Shown in pieces: positions 62,793 to 64,000 of a stretch of 64,000 nucleotides of DNA. The notes beneath the pieces were generated by a model. That model made no database searches and had not been told where the DNA came from. It saw nothing but the letters and a program-made list of their open reading frames with translations. Source of the stretch: Schmidtea polychroa. Lineage: Eukaryota. The first letter of the stretch is position 1. Each line of letters opens with the position of its first letter. The stretch covers positions 68,448,001 through 68,512,000 of the forward strand of contig CM097886.1 in the NCBI GenBank assembly GCA_044892525.1, in the 5' to 3' direction. The position numbers and the translations under genes are program-made.

Positions 62793-64000
62793 ATTAAAAA
62801 TATATTATTTTATTCTATTAAATTTTCCATTGAAATTTTATATTTTGTTAATGAAGAATCTGCTGAAGGTCCATTTAAACAATCTAATTTTAAAATATGT
62901 TTTATTCTATAAATGAATAAAATTCGTAAACTATGATAAAAAAAGCTGTGAATATTTCAGTGGCATATTGAGGGGGACTGTAGTGAGGAGATCTAACATG
63001 CCCTGGGAGCCAAATGTCCCACAATACAAACAAGATCTTCCGGAAAATTTCAAATTTTATTTAGATTTCTGTGAAATATATTTTAAATTAATAATTATTG
63101 TAATTAATTGTTTCCTTTCTTGATTTGTCTTGTCTGATAACAATCAAATATCTCCGTATACAAAATGTTCTTTCTTCTTTCTTTCTGAAGACTTTTTTTT
63201 TCTAAACAAAAGTACAGAAAATGCTACAGAAACACTCATTAAAATTTCAAACGTTCTGGAGTTCTAATATGTTGCTTATTTAAAATTCAGTAATAACCTT
63301 CAAATGATATCGAAATGATTATTCATGGATTCCGCATATTTCAGAATATGCGGAATGCTGTTGAAATGCTGTAAAATTTAAAGCCTAACTTGAGCCTGTC
63401 TCCCTATATATCCCGAAAAACAGTATAGTATTTTGTAGAAGCGTAGTTAGGTAGTGATTATTATAATATATTATAGTATTTTAATCTTATTATTATTTGT
63501 ATTATATTCTTATTACGATTATATTCTATTTATTATATTACTGTACGTTATTTGCGAGGGCTAACTGGCGCTAATTATGCTTGCTACGCCATTTTTTTAC
63601 ATTCTAAAAGTGTTGAATTTTCTATTTTTTAACAAAAATTGAAAATATTTGATTGGTATATACAGTAAACCCCTTATAACGAAGTTTCCTATAGTGTTCC
63701 TTCGATTAGCGTAGTTTTTGTTTCTGTTTGTCCCTTGACTTCGCTAAACGCCACCGCGCTATTGTTTTTATCACAATACAATAAGAAAATATTTTTTTTA
63801 CCATTTTTGTCTACCTTTATTGTTTGTTTTAAATATAATTAATATGTTTTCATTAATATCATAAAATAAAACATATTGTAGAAAAAGTTTGATAATTTTT
63901 ATTTAATTTTTTATTATTTATTCATTGTAGATTTACACATTAAAAAAACTGAATAAACTGCTGTGTTTGACTCCCTGACGCTTGCAATATCAAAAACATT

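Noticed and set aside
62960-63760. Single TE-like termini (cagtggcatattgagggg at about 62959; tacagtaaaccccttataacg at 63661)
   Set aside because: No matching opposite ends or TSDs within the window.
1-64000. CRISPR arrays, tRNA or rRNA genes
   Set aside because: None seen; the tandem repeats lack unique spacers and the DNA is eukaryotic.

Overview
Very AT-rich animal genomic DNA with several assembly gaps (N runs) and many 39-48 nt introns. Three host genes can be reconstructed. (1) A minus-strand clade-B (type V/XI-like) fibrillar procollagen, about 1030-25313: signal peptide, TSPN N-propeptide, minor helix, a 337-338 triplet major helix, a furin site and a COLFI C-propeptide. (2) A 13-exon minus-strand RalGPS-type Ral GEF (CDC25 + PH), 36268-59605. 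(3) A single-exon kinesin-14-type C-terminal motor gene, 60102-62792, head-to-head with RalGPS. The large introns and the 25.3-36.2 kb intergenic region hold transposon debris: several hAT elements and MITEs with verifiable TIRs and 8-bp TSDs, plus Merlin, pogo/Tc1, MULE, Helitron and Gypsy relics and an Hsp90 fragment. Most interesting: a minimal type-I hammerhead ribozyme at 27804-27845 (minus); a pair of GC-rich paralogous orphan ORFs at about 31.2 and 33.3 kb sharing a conserved +1 frame switch; a young GC-rich hAT (horizontal-transfer candidate); a collagen C-propeptide lacking both interchain cysteines; and a kinesin with non-canonical P-loop and switch II motifs. The tiny introns and low GC suggest a compact-genome invertebrate (e.g. 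orthonectid-like), but this is inference only. All alignments were done by eye with no database searches.
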